Shown piece by piece: positions 32,286 through 42,790 of a stretch of DNA of 64,000 nt. Source of the DNA: an uncultured Actinomycetota bacterium. Lineage in GTDB: Bacteria; Actinomycetota; Thermoleophilia; RBG-16-64-13. The stretch is taken from assembly GCA_963721365.1 (NCBI GenBank), contig CAVRJE010000023.1, positions 110,668 to 174,667 of the forward strand, written 5' to 3'. Under the pieces are notes generated by a model. The model saw nothing but the letters and a program-made list of their open reading frames with translations, did no database searches and was not told where the DNA came from. The position numbers and the translations under genes are program-made. Positions within the stretch are counted from its first letter, which is position 1. Each line of letters starts with the position of its first letter.

Positions 32286-33020
32286 GACCGGCTCTGTCGC
32301 CCGCCCCCACTGCGCTGACCGAAGTAGATGGCCTGCACTTCCGGGTTCACCAGCAATGCCTGCGGCGGAATCGGCGAGCACGATCCGCCCCCGCTCCATC
32401 ACCAGCCCCCGATGGGCAAGGCTGAGAGCGATGCGGGCGTCCTGCTCCACGAGGACCATCGTGAGGCCTTCCTCGTTCAGCGTGCGGAGCGTGGCGAAGA
32501 TGTCACGGACGACAATGGGCGCCAGACCCATCGACGGCTCGTCAAGGAGCAGCAGGCGAGGTTCGGCCATCAAAGCCCGGCCGACGGCGAGCATCTGCTG
32601 CTCGCCACCCGAGAGCGTGCCCGCCTGCTGCGCCTGGCGCTCTTCCAGCCGGGGGAACAGGGCGAACACCTTCTTCAGCCGTTCGCTCACCGGGACGCCC
32701 TGCCGCCGGCGCGAATAGGACCCCAGGGCAAGGTTCTCCGCCACCGTGAGTGGTCCGAAGAGCTGCCTGCCTTCCGGGATCTGCACCACACGCCGGGAGA
32801 CGATCTGTTCGACGCCGAGCGTGTCAAGCCGTTCGCCGTCGAGGGTGATGCGGCCCCCGGCCAGGCGGACCACTCCGGATATCGCCTTGAGCAGGGTGCT
32901 CTTTCCGGCGCCGTTCGCCCCGATGATGGTGATGATCTCGCCTTCGGCCACGGTCAGATCGAGGCCATGGAGGACCTCGATCTTCCCGTAGCCGGCGCGA
33001 ATGGCTTGAAGTTCAAGCAC
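32283..33020 (-). CDS. livF: branched-chain amino acid ABC transporter ATP-binding protein LivF; C-terminal frame break near 32320
   Basis: Walker A GANGAGKST. LSGGEQQMLAVGRAL and LLLDEPSMGLAP motifs. True C-terminus LLVNPEVQAIYFG is recovered in the adjacent frame. The apparent fusion with paaK in ORF 30948..33020 is an artefact. Confidence 0.8.
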
Positions 33021-33040
33021 CTACGCTTCTCCGCTATTCG

Positions 33041-34300
33041 GCGAGCACCCAGGTGCCTCCCTGGATCTTGACCATGATCATGTCGGAGGCCACGAGTCCG
33101 TCGTGGTTGGTCTTCGAGTAGTTGTAGATACCGTCAGGACCGGGGAACCCGGTGGTGGAGTCCAGAGCCGTCTGTATCGCCGCGGCGTCGGTGCTGCCGG
33201 CTCTCTTGATCGCGTCGGCGAGGAGCGTGACAGCCTCGAACGCGTAGCCCGCGAACGGGTTCGGCGGAGAGCCGTACGTGTACGCAGTAATCAGCGATGA
33301 ACTTGTCGGTGACCGCCTTCTGGTTGGGGTCGGTTATGGAACTGGGCACCAGCAGACGGCCTGCGGGAAAGACGACGCCCTCGGCCGCATCACCGGCCAG
33401 TTTGATGAACGTCTGGTTGGCGATGCCGTGACTCCCCACGTAGGGGATGTCCATGCCCAGCTGTTTCATGTTCTTCGCGGCCAGAGCCGGACCCGGGTTC
33501 GTGCCCCACACGATGAGGACTTCGGGGTTCGCGCCCTTGATCTTGGTCAATTGCGCGGTCATATCGGTGTCGTTCGTCTTGTACGACTCCGAAGCCACGA
33601 CCTCGAGGCCGAAGCTCGGCGCCTGCTTGGCGATCTCGGCGTTGCCCGAGGAGCCGAATGCGTTCTCGTCGTGGAGCACCGCGATCTTCTTGAGCTTCAG
33701 ATTGTTGGCGATGTAGTCGAGCGCCCTCTGCACGGCGAGCGCGTCTTTCTGCGGAGTCCGCCAGATCCACTCCATCGGCGCCTTGTCGGTGATGTCGTTC
33801 GCCGCCGCCATGGCCATCTGCGGCACGCCCTTCTGCGCCGCGATCTCCTTGACCGCAAGCGTCGACGACGAGATGGTCGACGCGATGAGCGCGACGGCCT
33901 TGTCTTGCTGCAACAGCTTGTTGGCCGCCGTCACGGCTTCCTTCGGGTCGCTCTTGTCGTCTTCGATGACGATCTTCAGCGGCCGCCCGAGCACACCGCC
34001 GCTCGCGTTGATGAGATCTTGCTCCATCTTGAGGGTGTTGCGCTCCTGCTCGCCCAGAGCGGCTCCCGGCCCGGTAGCCGAGACGATAGCGCCGACCACG
34101 ATGGGATCGCCCGTGGGGGCCGCGGTTGCCGCGGTAGTCGCGGTAGTCGCGGTTCCTCCCCCGGCCGTCGTCGTCGTAGCCGTCTCGCCGCCGCAGCCCG
34201 CGGCCAGCAGCGCCACCAGCAGAAACGCCGCCAGCAACACTCCGAGACTGATTCCGGGGATCGTGCGCGCCCCGCTGTTCCTCTTGATCGACCTGCTCAT
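33041..34300 (-). CDS. ABC transporter substrate-binding protein (LivK/LivJ-like); frame break near 33290
   Basis: Lipoprotein-like signal ending LAAGCGG followed by a Thr/Ala-rich linker. Type I periplasmic binding fold. Real C-terminus ...ALDSTTGFPGPDGIYNYSKTNHDGLVASDMIMVKIQGGTWVLAE* lies in another frame. Confidence 0.75.
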
Positions 34301-35061
34301 TCCAGTTCCTCCCCTAGATACGCCTTGATCACTTCTTCGTTGTTCTGGATCATCAGCGGCGGCCCTTCGGCAATCTTTCTGCCGTAGTCGAGCACCACCA
34401 CTTCGTCTGATATCTCCATGACGAAGGTCATGTCGTGCTCTACCAGCAGCACGGTGACGCCTTCGTCCCGAATTTTCCTCACAGTATCCGCTAAACGCCG
34501 GGTTTCGTCATCGTTGAGCCCCGCGGCCGGCTCGTCAAGAAGCAGGAGTTGCGGGCCGGACGCGAGGGCTCGGGCGATCTCGAGCAGATGGCGCTCGCCC
34601 ATGGGGAGGTTCTCCGCCGGCTCGCCGGCCACGTGGTCGAGGCCTACGCGCCTCAGGGCCTCGTGCGCGGCCTTGAACGTCTCGGCCTCCTCTCTGCGAT
34701 GGCGCGGGAGGGTGAGCGCCGCCGAGAACAGACCGGCTTTCGTCCGGGAATACCGCCCCACGGCGACGTTCTCGAGGACGGTCATGTCGTCGAACACCAG
34801 GCTGTGCTGGAAGGTCCGGCCGACACCCATGCGGCATATGCGGTGAGGCGCCTTGCCGACGACATCGACTCCGGCGAACTGGACCCGGCCCTCAGTGGGC
34901 CGATACGAGCCGGACACGATGTTGAACAAGGTCGTCTTCCCGGCCCCGTTGGGTCCGATGAGCGCCTTGATCTGGTCCCGATACACCCCGAAGGTCACTT
35001 CCTTCAGGGCGTCGAGGCCGCCGAAACGCTTGGAGACACTTTGCACGCTGAGCAGAGGCAT
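34297..35061 (-). CDS. livG: branched-chain amino acid ABC transporter ATP-binding protein LivG
   Basis: GPNGAGKTTLFN. LIQNNEEVIKAYLG-type C-terminus. 254 aa. Confidence 0.9.
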   Translation of the reverse strand: MPLLSVQSVSKRFGGLDALKEVTFGVYRDQIKALIGPNGAGKTTLFNIVSGSYRPTEGRVQFAGVDVVGKAPHRICRMGVGRTFQHSLVFDDMTVLENVAVGRYSRTKAGLFSAALTLPRHRREEAETFKAAHEALRRVGLDHVAGEPAENLPMGERHLLEIARALASGPQLLLLDEPAAGLNDDETRRLADTVRKIRDEGVTVLLVEHDMTFVMEISDEVVVLDYGRKIAEGPPLMIQNNEEVIKAYLGEELE

Positions 35062-35068
35062 CGTCCGC

Positions 35069-36106
35069 CTATTCCTCCGACTCCGACCGATAGGTTTCCT
35101 CGCCCGCCTGCCGGGGCCATAAGCTCCTCAGACGCCGCCAGACGCTGGTGGTGCCGCCTCCCGACAGCACCATGATCGCGATCAGGAGCACTCCGAACAC
35201 CAGGTTGGTCAGGTCCTCGTTCACTCGCTTAAGGAGTTCGGGCAGGATCACGATGACCAGCGTCCCCCACACCGCGCCCCAGAGCGTCCGCAGTCCCCCG
35301 ATGATGACCCCCGTGACCAGGATGATCGAGAACGTGATGGAGTAGCTCTCCGGGCTGATGTAGCGGACGTAGTGTGCGTCGAAACTCCCGGCGATGCTTG
35401 CGAACACGGCGGCCACGATGAACACCATGACCTTGCGATACGACGCATCTACTCCGAGCGACTCCGCGGCCGGCTCGGAAAGGCGCAGAGCCCGCAAGGA
35501 GCGGCCCACGCGTGATTGAGTCAGGTTGAGGGCGAACCGGAACATGAGCAGGGCGACGCCCCAGACGACCAGGTGGTAGGCGCGCGGGGCGCCGAGGTCG
35601 AGGCCGCCTATGCTGAGTGAGGGTATGCCGGTGATGCCATCGGTCCCGTTGGTAAGGGGCTTCAGTTGCACGAGCAAGATGTAGATGATCTCGTTGATGC
35701 CCAGCGTCGCCATAGCCAGGTAGTAGCCCTTGAGCTTGAGAGTCGGGATGCCCACCAGCCCGGCAATGGCCGCGGAGAGGACTGCCGCGACGAGCATCGC
35801 CACCCAGGGATTGAAGCCAAGCCGGGTGGTCAGGATGGCCGAGCCGTACGCCCCGATGCCAACGAAAGCCGCCTGGCCAAGAGAGATCTGTCCCGCCTGC
35901 CCCAGCAGCAGGCTGATCCCCAGGGCCATCATGAACCGGGTCGCGGCGAACGACAGGACCGAGAGGTAGTAGTCGTTCGAGAGGTAGGCGGGGATCGTCA
36001 TGACGATCACGGCGAACGCCAAGTAGCCGGCATGCCTATGTAGGAACGCTGTCACGCCCCCCGCCGCGGGGCTGCCCGCCCCCATCTGCGATCGAGCCTG
36101 GGTCAT
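35069..36106 (-). CDS. livM: branched-chain amino acid ABC transporter permease LivM
   Basis: 345 aa, polytopic membrane protein, LivM-like. Confidence 0.8.
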   Translation of the reverse strand: MTQARSQMGAGSPAAGGVTAFLHRHAGYLAFAVIVMTIPAYLSNDYYLSVLSFAATRFMMALGISLLLGQAGQISLGQAAFVGIGAYGSAILTTRLGFNPWVAMLVAAVLSAAIAGLVGIPTLKLKGYYLAMATLGINEIIYILLVQLKPLTNGTDGITGIPSLSIGGLDLGAPRAYHLVVWGVALLMFRFALNLTQSRVGRSLRALRLSEPAAESLGVDASYRKVMVFIVAAVFASIAGSFDAHYVRYISPESYSITFSIILVTGVIIGGLRTLWGAVWGTLVIVILPELLKRVNEDLTNLVFGVLLIAIMVLSGGGTTSVWRRLRSLWPRQAGEETYRSESEE

Positions 36107-36981
36107 TGCCGGCTCACCACCCGAGCGCCTAAGAGCCCGGCCGGGCGCACGAAGAGCACCAGTAGCAGGATCACAAACGCGATCGCGTCCTTGTAGCCGG
36201 CCGAGACCACTCCAATGCCAAGAGCCTCGATGATCCCCAGGGCGAACCCGCCCACCACCGCCCCCAGGGGGTTCCCCAGCCCGCCGAGCGTCGCCGCCGC
36301 GAAGCCTTTCAAGCCCAGCAGCGTGCCGGACGAGTAGCTCACGAAGCTGATCGGTGTGATCATCACCCCGGCCGCCGCCGCTATCCCACCCGTAAGGGCG
36401 AACGTGAATAGAACGACCCGCCGGTACGAGATGCCCTGCAGGCGCGCCGCTTCAGGGTTGACGGCACAGGCCCGAATCGCGATGCCGAAGAGGCTCTTGC
36501 GGTAGAACACGGTGAGCGCTATGACCACGACGAGGGTGAGCCCCACCACCCACAGGGTCTGGGGGACGATGGTCGCATTCCCGATGTTGATCGGCTCTTC
36601 GCCGGAGAAGGGGGGCATCGTCTTGGCGTCCCGTCCCCAGATGAGCATCGCCGCGGTCTCGAGGACGAAGGAGGCACCGACCGTCGCGATGATCTGAGCG
36701 AGGACGCCCTTCTTCATGAGAGGACGTATCGCCACCTCTTCCATCCCGACGCTGATGAGGGCGACCATCACCACGGCACCGAGGAAGCACGCCCACAAAG
36801 GCAGGCCGGCATTGTAGAGGCTCACTCCGAGCATGCCCCCGAGCATGACCATCTGTCCCTGCGCGAAGTTGATGATCCGGGTGGCGCTGAACACCAGAGT
36901 GAAACCGATGGCGGTCAGCGCGTACACGCTGCCGCTCGTGATACCGCTGAAGATGTATTGCAGAAACTGGTCGAAGGTCAC
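36103..36981 (-). CDS. livH: branched-chain amino acid ABC transporter permease LivH
   Basis: 292 aa. Starts MTFDQFLQYIFSGITSGSVYAL, typical of LivH. Confidence 0.85.
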   Translation of the reverse strand: MTFDQFLQYIFSGITSGSVYALTAIGFTLVFSATRIINFAQGQMVMLGGMLGVSLYNAGLPLWACFLGAVVMVALISVGMEEVAIRPLMKKGVLAQIIATVGASFVLETAAMLIWGRDAKTMPPFSGEEPINIGNATIVPQTLWVVGLTLVVVIALTVFYRKSLFGIAIRACAVNPEAARLQGISYRRVVLFTFALTGGIAAAAGVMITPISFVSYSSGTLLGLKGFAAATLGGLGNPLGAVVGGFALGIIEALGIGVVSAGYKDAIAFVILLLVLFVRPAGLLGARVVSRQ

Positions 36982-37003
36982 GACTGGCGCCGTCCCGCGG
37001 GCG

Positions 37004-37444
37004 TCAGGCCAGGTCGCCGGGGCCCAGGACCCGGAAACCGCCTTCGACGAGCAGCTCTTCCATGCGCTCCAACTCCTCGGTCTTCAGGAGAAGGCGATCG
37101 CGATTCCCCTGGTACACGTATTCGATGTCCAGACCGGATTCGGAGACGAGCCGGACCACGGCCGCGAGGGTGCCCGGCCGGTCGGGAAGCACCGCGCAGA
37201 CCACCGGATGCTCGACGACCACGTATCCCGACCGCTCCAACGCCTGCTTCGCGCTATCCACCTTGTCGACGAGCAAACGGAGTATCCCGTAGTCGATCGT
37301 GTCCGCTATGGTGAATGACTGCACGTTGACGCCGGCCGCGGCCAGCGTAGCGAGCGCGTCGGCAAGATGGCCCGGCTTGTTCTCGACGAACACGGAGAGT
37401 TGTGGAACGCTCACGACTACCCCCAACCAAGAGCTGATGTTCAC
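37004..37444 (-). CDS. ACT domain-containing protein (tandem ACT, PaaK-associated type)
   Basis: 146 aa. Two ACT repeats (LSVFVENKPGHLADALATLAAAGVNV and CAVLPDRPGTLAAVVRLVSESGLDI). Confidence 0.7.
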   Translation of the reverse strand: MNISSWLGVVVSVPQLSVFVENKPGHLADALATLAAAGVNVQSFTIADTIDYGILRLLVDKVDSAKQALERSGYVVVEHPVVCAVLPDRPGTLAAVVRLVSESGLDIEYVYQGNRDRLLLKTEELERMEELLVEGGFRVLGPGDLA

Positions 37445-37479
37445 GCCCGGTCCGCCAGGCCGGAGCGCAGGTTATTCTA

Positions 37480-39222
37480 GTGCATAGTATGCGCGAGCGT
37501 GAACAATGCCGCCGGGTGGCTCTGGGTCTCGACCCGCCGACCCTCCTCATCAAGGGAGGGCGCGTCTTCTCGCCGTTCACCGGGGAGATGTTCGCGGCCG
37601 ATGTCGCGGTCTGCGGTTCCCTGATCGCCGGCGTCGGCCAGTATCCTGGAGAGGCCGAGAGGGTCATAGACGCTCAGGGCGCCTTCGTGCTCCCAGGGTT
37701 CATCGACGCCCACGTGCATCCCGAGACGTCGCTGCTCTCCCCTCCGCGTTTCGCGGAGGCCCTTGTGGTGCACGGCATCACCACCACCCTCTCCGAGCCG
37801 CACGAGATAACCAACGTGATGGGCCGGAGCGGGATCGACTTCTATCTCGAGGCCCGTCCGGGTCTGCCGCTCGATTTGCGCATCATGATCCCCACCACGG
37901 TGCCGGCGTCCCCCTTCGAGCACGCAGCCGGCCGGCTGGAGACCGCCGACGTCGCCGACCTCCTCACGCGCGATGGCGTTACCGGCATGGGCGAGGCGAT
38001 GGACTACATGGGCCTTATCTCCGGAGAGGCTTCGGGCCGCCTCTTCGACCTGTCGGGGCATCGGGTGGTCGACGGCCACGCCCCGGACGTCACAGGACGG
38101 CAGTTAGCGGCGTATATGGTCGCCGGCCCCATCACCGATCACGAGACGTCAGATCCCGAGTTGCTGCTTGAGCGCAGGCGGCTCGGGATGTGGACCCTTA
38201 TCCGCGAAGGTTCCGCCGCCCGCGATCTGGTCAGGGCCCTGCCCTTCCTCGTCAGTCACGGCACCGAGAGAACGGCGCTGTGCACCGACGACCGCAACGC
38301 GGCCGCACTCGCCGAGCACCACCACCTCGATGGGGTCGTCGCCGCCCTCTGCCGCGCCGGGGTGCCGGTGGCCGATTCGCTTCGCGCCGCCACGCTCAAT
38401 CCGGCCACCCTCTACCGGCTTCACGACCGGGGCAGTCTGACGCCCGGATATCGCGCGGACCTCCTCCTCGTGGAGGACCCCGCCTTCCCCCACCCGCGCG
38501 ACGTCATACAGGCGGGGACCGTCGTCGCTCACGAGGGAGAGCTCACAGTTCCTCTGCCGCCGACCCCCGCCCTGGCCTCGCCTCCGTTCCGGCTCGACCT
38601 TTCCGATCCGCGCACGCTTGCCCCGCCGGCCGCCGACGGCCCGCACCGGGCCCGCGCGATCCACCTCACCCCGCGGGCCATCGTCAGTGAGGAGCGGTTC
38701 GTCGAGGTCGTGGCTGCCGGCGGCCACCTGCTCCCCGACCCTGACAAGGACATCTGCCTGGCGGCTCTCGTCGAGCGCCGCCCGGGGCCAGGGTCACCCG
38801 ACGGCCGAAATCGGGTGGGTCGCGGCCTGGTGAGCGGGCTTGGGCTGCGAAGCGGCGCGATCGCGACCACCATCGCCCACGATGCTCACCACCTGCTCGT
38901 GGTCGGGACCGACCCGGTCGACATGCTTGCCGCGGCGCGCGCAGTCGCCGCGGCCGGGGGTGGGCTGGCCGTGGTCAGAGGAGAGATGACGCAGGTCCTC
39001 CCGCTGCCCCTGGCCGGCCTGATGGCGGATCTGCCGGTGGGTGTGGTCGCGGGTCAGTTGCGCTCACTGGAGCGGGCGGCGGGCGGGCTCGGGGTCGACT
39101 TCGAGGAGCCGTTCATGGTGCTCAGCTTCATAACCTTGAGCGTGATCCCCCGGGTGAGGCTCACTCTGGACGGCTTGCTCGACGTGGAAGCGCAGAGGCT
39201 GGTCCCAGTCGTGGTTGACTAG
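37480..39222 (+). CDS. ade: adenine deaminase
   Basis: 580 aa. GFIDAHVHPE metal-binding start and amidohydrolase fold. Adenine deaminase C-terminal domain present. Confidence 0.85.
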   Translation: MHSMREREQCRRVALGLDPPTLLIKGGRVFSPFTGEMFAADVAVCGSLIAGVGQYPGEAERVIDAQGAFVLPGFIDAHVHPETSLLSPPRFAEALVVHGITTTLSEPHEITNVMGRSGIDFYLEARPGLPLDLRIMIPTTVPASPFEHAAGRLETADVADLLTRDGVTGMGEAMDYMGLISGEASGRLFDLSGHRVVDGHAPDVTGRQLAAYMVAGPITDHETSDPELLLERRRLGMWTLIREGSAARDLVRALPFLVSHGTERTALCTDDRNAAALAEHHHLDGVVAALCRAGVPVADSLRAATLNPATLYRLHDRGSLTPGYRADLLLVEDPAFPHPRDVIQAGTVVAHEGELTVPLPPTPALASPPFRLDLSDPRTLAPPAADGPHRARAIHLTPRAIVSEERFVEVVAAGGHLLPDPDKDICLAALVERRPGPGSPDGRNRVGRGLVSGLGLRSGAIATTIAHDAHHLLVVGTDPVDMLAAARAVAAAGGGLAVVRGEMTQVLPLPLAGLMADLPVGVVAGQLRSLERAAGGLGVDFEEPFMVLSFITLSVIPRVRLTLDGLLDVEAQRLVPVVVD

Positions 39223-39230
39223 CAGCGGCC

Positions 39231-40478
39231 CTAGCCGCCCTCGCTGCGCAGCGCCCCTACGGTGTAATTGAGGGACGGGTCCCAGAGGAGCCACTCCTCG
39301 AAGCCCAACTCCTCGGCCGCTTTGATCTGAGCCTTCACCTGGTCCACCCCGTAGGTGACTCCCCGCATGGAGAAGTCCTGCAGCCAGGGCCGGACCATGG
39401 CTCCCGTCCCGGTGAGCCTGTGCTTAGCGTCTTTCAACGCCCCGGTAACGAGCTCGTACGGGCTGGCGTTCGGGGAGTCGAGGTTGTACGAGCCGGGCTG
39501 GTAATGCGAGGGATAGATCATCGGGCATACGATGTCGACGTTCTGCCCGATCTGCTCGACTATCTGCCCGATGCCCTGGTCGTTCTGTACGGCGAGCGTC
39601 ACCCCGAACACGTCGGCCGAGACCCACACGCCCAGCTTCTGGAGCCGCTCACGGGCGTACGAAAGGAAGCCGGCAATAGCGTCCGTCCTCGTCGTGTATT
39701 GGCCCGGATACACCGCTTCCTTCACCGGACCGTCAGCCGGGAAACGGACGTAGTCGAACTGGATCTCCCTGAATCCATGCCTGGCGGCATCCTCGGCCAC
39801 CTGGACGAGGTACTCCCACACTTCATGGCTGTAGGGGTTGGTATAGCTCCGGCCCTTGTAGTCCTTCCAGAGCCCACCCTTTGAGCTCTGCACCGCCAGC
39901 TCGGGCCTGGCGTTCGCGAGCCCGCTGTCCTGGAAGCACACGAGCCTTGCGACGGGCGTGATGTCGTGCTCGCGGAGAGTCGCGATCAGCGCGTCGATGT
40001 CCGGAATGCGCGGGTCCACCAACCCGAGGCTCTTCGCCATGGCCACGTCCGAGTTGAAGACGACCATCCCCAGATCGTCCTTCACGTCCACGACGAAGGC
40101 ATTTATCTCGGTCCGGTCCGCTATATCTATCATCTTCGCCAGCAAGTCAGGCTTGCCGGCGTGGTAGCTGCTGACATAGATGCCCTTCACGGGAACGTAC
40201 GAGAGGTCCCTGAAAGCGCGGAGGTCGACAAGCGGTGCCAGAGGATGGTCGACCTGAGCCTGCAGCGCGACCGGCGAGACGGCAGCGGCCGCGGTGGTGG
40301 TCCACGGGAATCCCTTGCCCCCCACTATCACGCTTCCGAGAGACCAGAGAAGGATGAAGGCGCCGGCGAAGACGATCACACTGGCAAGAGCGATGAAGGC
40401 GAGCTTGCCTCTCGCCCCCGTGCGTCGCCGGGGCGGAGTGGAATAGGAAGACCGCCCGTTTGATTTGGCCTGGCCCAT
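39231..40478 (-). CDS. putative glycoside-hydrolase-like TIM-barrel protein (DUF4015 family), membrane-anchored
   Basis: 415 aa. N-terminal TM helix and DUF4015-type core (INAFVVDVKDD...EIQFDYVRFP). Confidence 0.6.
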   Translation of the reverse strand: MGQAKSNGRSSYSTPPRRRTGARGKLAFIALASVIVFAGAFILLWSLGSVIVGGKGFPWTTTAAAAVSPVALQAQVDHPLAPLVDLRAFRDLSYVPVKGIYVSSYHAGKPDLLAKMIDIADRTEINAFVVDVKDDLGMVVFNSDVAMAKSLGLVDPRIPDIDALIATLREHDITPVARLVCFQDSGLANARPELAVQSSKGGLWKDYKGRSYTNPYSHEVWEYLVQVAEDAARHGFREIQFDYVRFPADGPVKEAVYPGQYTTRTDAIAGFLSYARERLQKLGVWVSADVFGVTLAVQNDQGIGQIVEQIGQNVDIVCPMIYPSHYQPGSYNLDSPNASPYELVTGALKDAKHRLTGTGAMVRPWLQDFSMRGVTYGVDQVKAQIKAAEELGFEEWLLWDPSLNYTVGALRSEGG

Positions 40479-40522
40479 GGTGGCGGTATTGTAGCAGAGG
40501 GCTCTGCTAGACTTGTCCGACC

Positions 40523-41626
40523 ATGCGCCGAGACAAAGTGCTTCGCTTTCTAGGGATCGCCCTTGTGGTAGGAGCCTTCCTAGGGCTTGTCTCCGGGCTG
40601 GCGTTCGGCGGACCCGGCCCGGACACCGGCACGCCCAAGCTCACGGCGCCCGCCGACAGCCGCGACAACGGCGAATCTAGCGACGCCTCGGGTGCCACTT
40701 CCTCGACGTTCTCCGGGCCCATGACGGCCGAAAAAGCGGCCGCTATTGGTGCGAACGAGCTAGGACAGGTCCCCGTCCTTCTTTATCACGACATCACCGA
40801 CCAGGGGAGCGCCGAGACGCGGACTCCCCAGCAGCTCGCAAAGGACGTGGATTTCCTCAGATCGGAAGGTTTCTATCCGATAAACCTGCGGGACCTGGCG
40901 TCGGGCAATATCGACATCCCCGCCGGCATGTCGCCGGTGGTGCTCACGTTCGACGATTCAACGAGCGGTCAGTACCGGATACTCGACGACGGCTCGCTCG
41001 ACCCCGCGTCGGCGGTCGGGGTGCTCCAGGCTGCCGTGGAAGCGGGGGGCTGGGCATCCAAGGCGACGTTCTACTGCCTGATCAACGTCACCTCCAAGGA
41101 CAACGAGCTCTTCGGCCAGCCCGATCGCCAGCAGGAGAAGCTGCGCAACCTGACCGATTGGGGATACGAGATCGGTAGCCACACCGTCAGCAACCTGAAC
41201 TTGAAGAAGGCCGACCCGCTGGAGGTGAAGAAGGAGCTGGCGGAGTCGCAGTCGACCCTGGAAGGACTGATCGGCGGCGACTACCAGGTCACGAGTCTGT
41301 CGGTGCCCTCGGGAGAGTATCCGGAGGACGAGAGCCTGCTCGCCGGTGGCATCTACAACGGCAAACCCTACAAGTACACGTCGGCCGTCGCGCTGGGCGA
41401 TACGGTCTCGCTCTCGCCGTTCTCCACTCTGTTCAACGCCATGCACATCCCCCGCGTAACTGTGACCGGCAGCACTCTGCGTGACGCGATAGCGAACCTG
41501 AAAGCGCACCCCGAACTGCGGTATATCTCGGACGGCGACCCCACCACCGTCTCGGCCCCGCGCGAGCTGGCCGAGGGCTTGGGAGAGGTTAAGGACGACC
41601 TGGGCCGGCCCCTGCTCCGTTACTAG
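40523..41626 (+). CDS. polysaccharide deacetylase family protein (CE4)
   Basis: 367 aa. Signal anchor and NodB-like motifs VVLTFDDS and EIGSHTVSN. Confidence 0.75.
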   Translation: MRRDKVLRFLGIALVVGAFLGLVSGLAFGGPGPDTGTPKLTAPADSRDNGESSDASGATSSTFSGPMTAEKAAAIGANELGQVPVLLYHDITDQGSAETRTPQQLAKDVDFLRSEGFYPINLRDLASGNIDIPAGMSPVVLTFDDSTSGQYRILDDGSLDPASAVGVLQAAVEAGGWASKATFYCLINVTSKDNELFGQPDRQQEKLRNLTDWGYEIGSHTVSNLNLKKADPLEVKKELAESQSTLEGLIGGDYQVTSLSVPSGEYPEDESLLAGGIYNGKPYKYTSAVALGDTVSLSPFSTLFNAMHIPRVTVTGSTLRDAIANLKAHPELRYISDGDPTTVSAPRELAEGLGEVKDDLGRPLLRY

Positions 41627-41844
41627 CCGGCCGCTTCGAGGCGCGGACCCTCCGGTCCCTCTACCACCTCGGAACTGCCTCCACACAATCCACAGGTGAT
41701 TCGCTGCCCTTTCTGGTCGCCCGGGCCGAGGTGCAGCGGCACGTGACAGTGTGGGCAGGGTACGTCCACGTCCGGCCCTTGGCCCTGGAGCGGGATCTTC
41801 TCGTCGACTATCTCCCACAGCGGATCGAACTTCTTCTTCGCCAC
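41623..41844 (-). CDS. small zinc-ribbon protein (LysW-like C4)
   Basis: 73 aa. CPHC...CGLCGG four-Cys ribbon. The stop overlaps the deacetylase stop by 4 nt (convergent). Confidence 0.4.
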   Translation of the reverse strand: MAKKKFDPLWEIVDEKIPLQGQGPDVDVPCPHCHVPLHLGPGDQKGQRITCGLCGGSSEVVEGPEGPRLEAAG

Positions 41845-41896
41845 AACTCCTCCAGCTCTCGGCGTCCGCCGGTCGTCTTGGCGTTCGTGCGGTATC

Positions 41897-42624
41897 TTGC
41901 CCGCTATGCAAGGAGTCTCTCACAAGTCGGCGCGCGCGCTCAAGCCATCTCCGCCCCAGTTTGCGGTGTTCGACCTTGGTCTGGCCCCCTATCTTCCAGT
42001 GCAGGCGCTGCAAGGCCGGCTGCGGGCCGCTGTCGCCGACGGCCGCCTGCCGGGCGTCCTGCTTCTGCTCGAGCACGAGCCCGTGGTCACCCTTGGAAGC
42101 CGTGCGGGCCCGCACGATCTGCGGACTTGTCCCGCTCCCGGACGGCCGCGCCATTCCGGTCGTGACCTCCGAGCGAGGCGGTCAGGCGACCCTTCACGCC
42201 CCCGGGCAGCTCGTCAGCTATCCGGTCGTGCCGATCCCCGGCCGGGACCTCGGCGCCTACGTGAATGGCCTCGAGGAAGCGAACATCCTCGTTCTGGCCG
42301 AGCTGGGCATCCACGCGAGAACGGCGCCCCGGCCGGCCCGGAGTCTACGCCGGCGGAGACAAGATCTCTTCCGTCGGGCTCCGGTGCCAACGCTGGGTCA
42401 GCAGCCACGGCACTTCGCTCAACGTGAGCGTCGACCTGTCTCTCTTCGAGGCTATCGTCTCCTGCGGGGAGCCCCAGCTACAACAGACGAGCATCGAGCG
42501 ACTCACCAGCGCACCGGCCGGACATGGCCCAGGTCAAGGATGCGTATTTACAGGCCGTAACACAGGTTTTCGGCTGGGAGTTGCTCCCCATGCGCCGTGT
42601 TTCTTTCGATCAGGTGGAGGCTGA
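41897..42624 (+). CDS. lipB: lipoyl(octanoyl) transferase LipB; frame breaks
   Basis: LLLLEHEPVVTLGSRAG, then ATLHAPGQLVSYPVVPI, then KISSVGLRCQRWVSSHGTSLNV. These three conserved LipB blocks fall in three different frames. Confidence 0.75.
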
Positions 42625-42684
42625 ACTGGGGCTGGAGGCCTGACCGCGAAGTGGCGCCGCACGCTGATGCGGCGGAGAAGGGTA

Positions 42685-42757
42685 TGCCCACGGCAGGATT
42701 CGAACCTGCGACACCTGGCTCCGGAGGCCAGTGCTCTATCCCCTGAGCTACGTGGGC
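42685..42757 (-). tRNA. tRNA-Arg (anticodon CCG)
   Basis: The minus strand reads GCCCACGTAGCTCAGGGGATAGAGCACTGGCCTCCGGAGCCAGGTGTCGCAGGTTCGAATCCTGCCGTGGGCA. 7-bp acceptor GCCCACG/CGTGGGC. Anticodon loop CTCCGGA. T-loop GGTTCGAATCC. No encoded CCA. Confidence 0.9.
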
Positions 42758-42790
42758 GCGATCGGTAGCGGGCCGGCCAGCGATGGTGGT

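Noticed and set aside
30948-33020. Apparent 690-aa LivF-PaaK fusion protein
   Set aside because: The LivF C-terminus (LLVNPEVQAIYFG...*) is recovered in the adjacent frame and its TGA overlaps the PaaK ATG (gtgATGa). The fusion is a frame-shift artefact.
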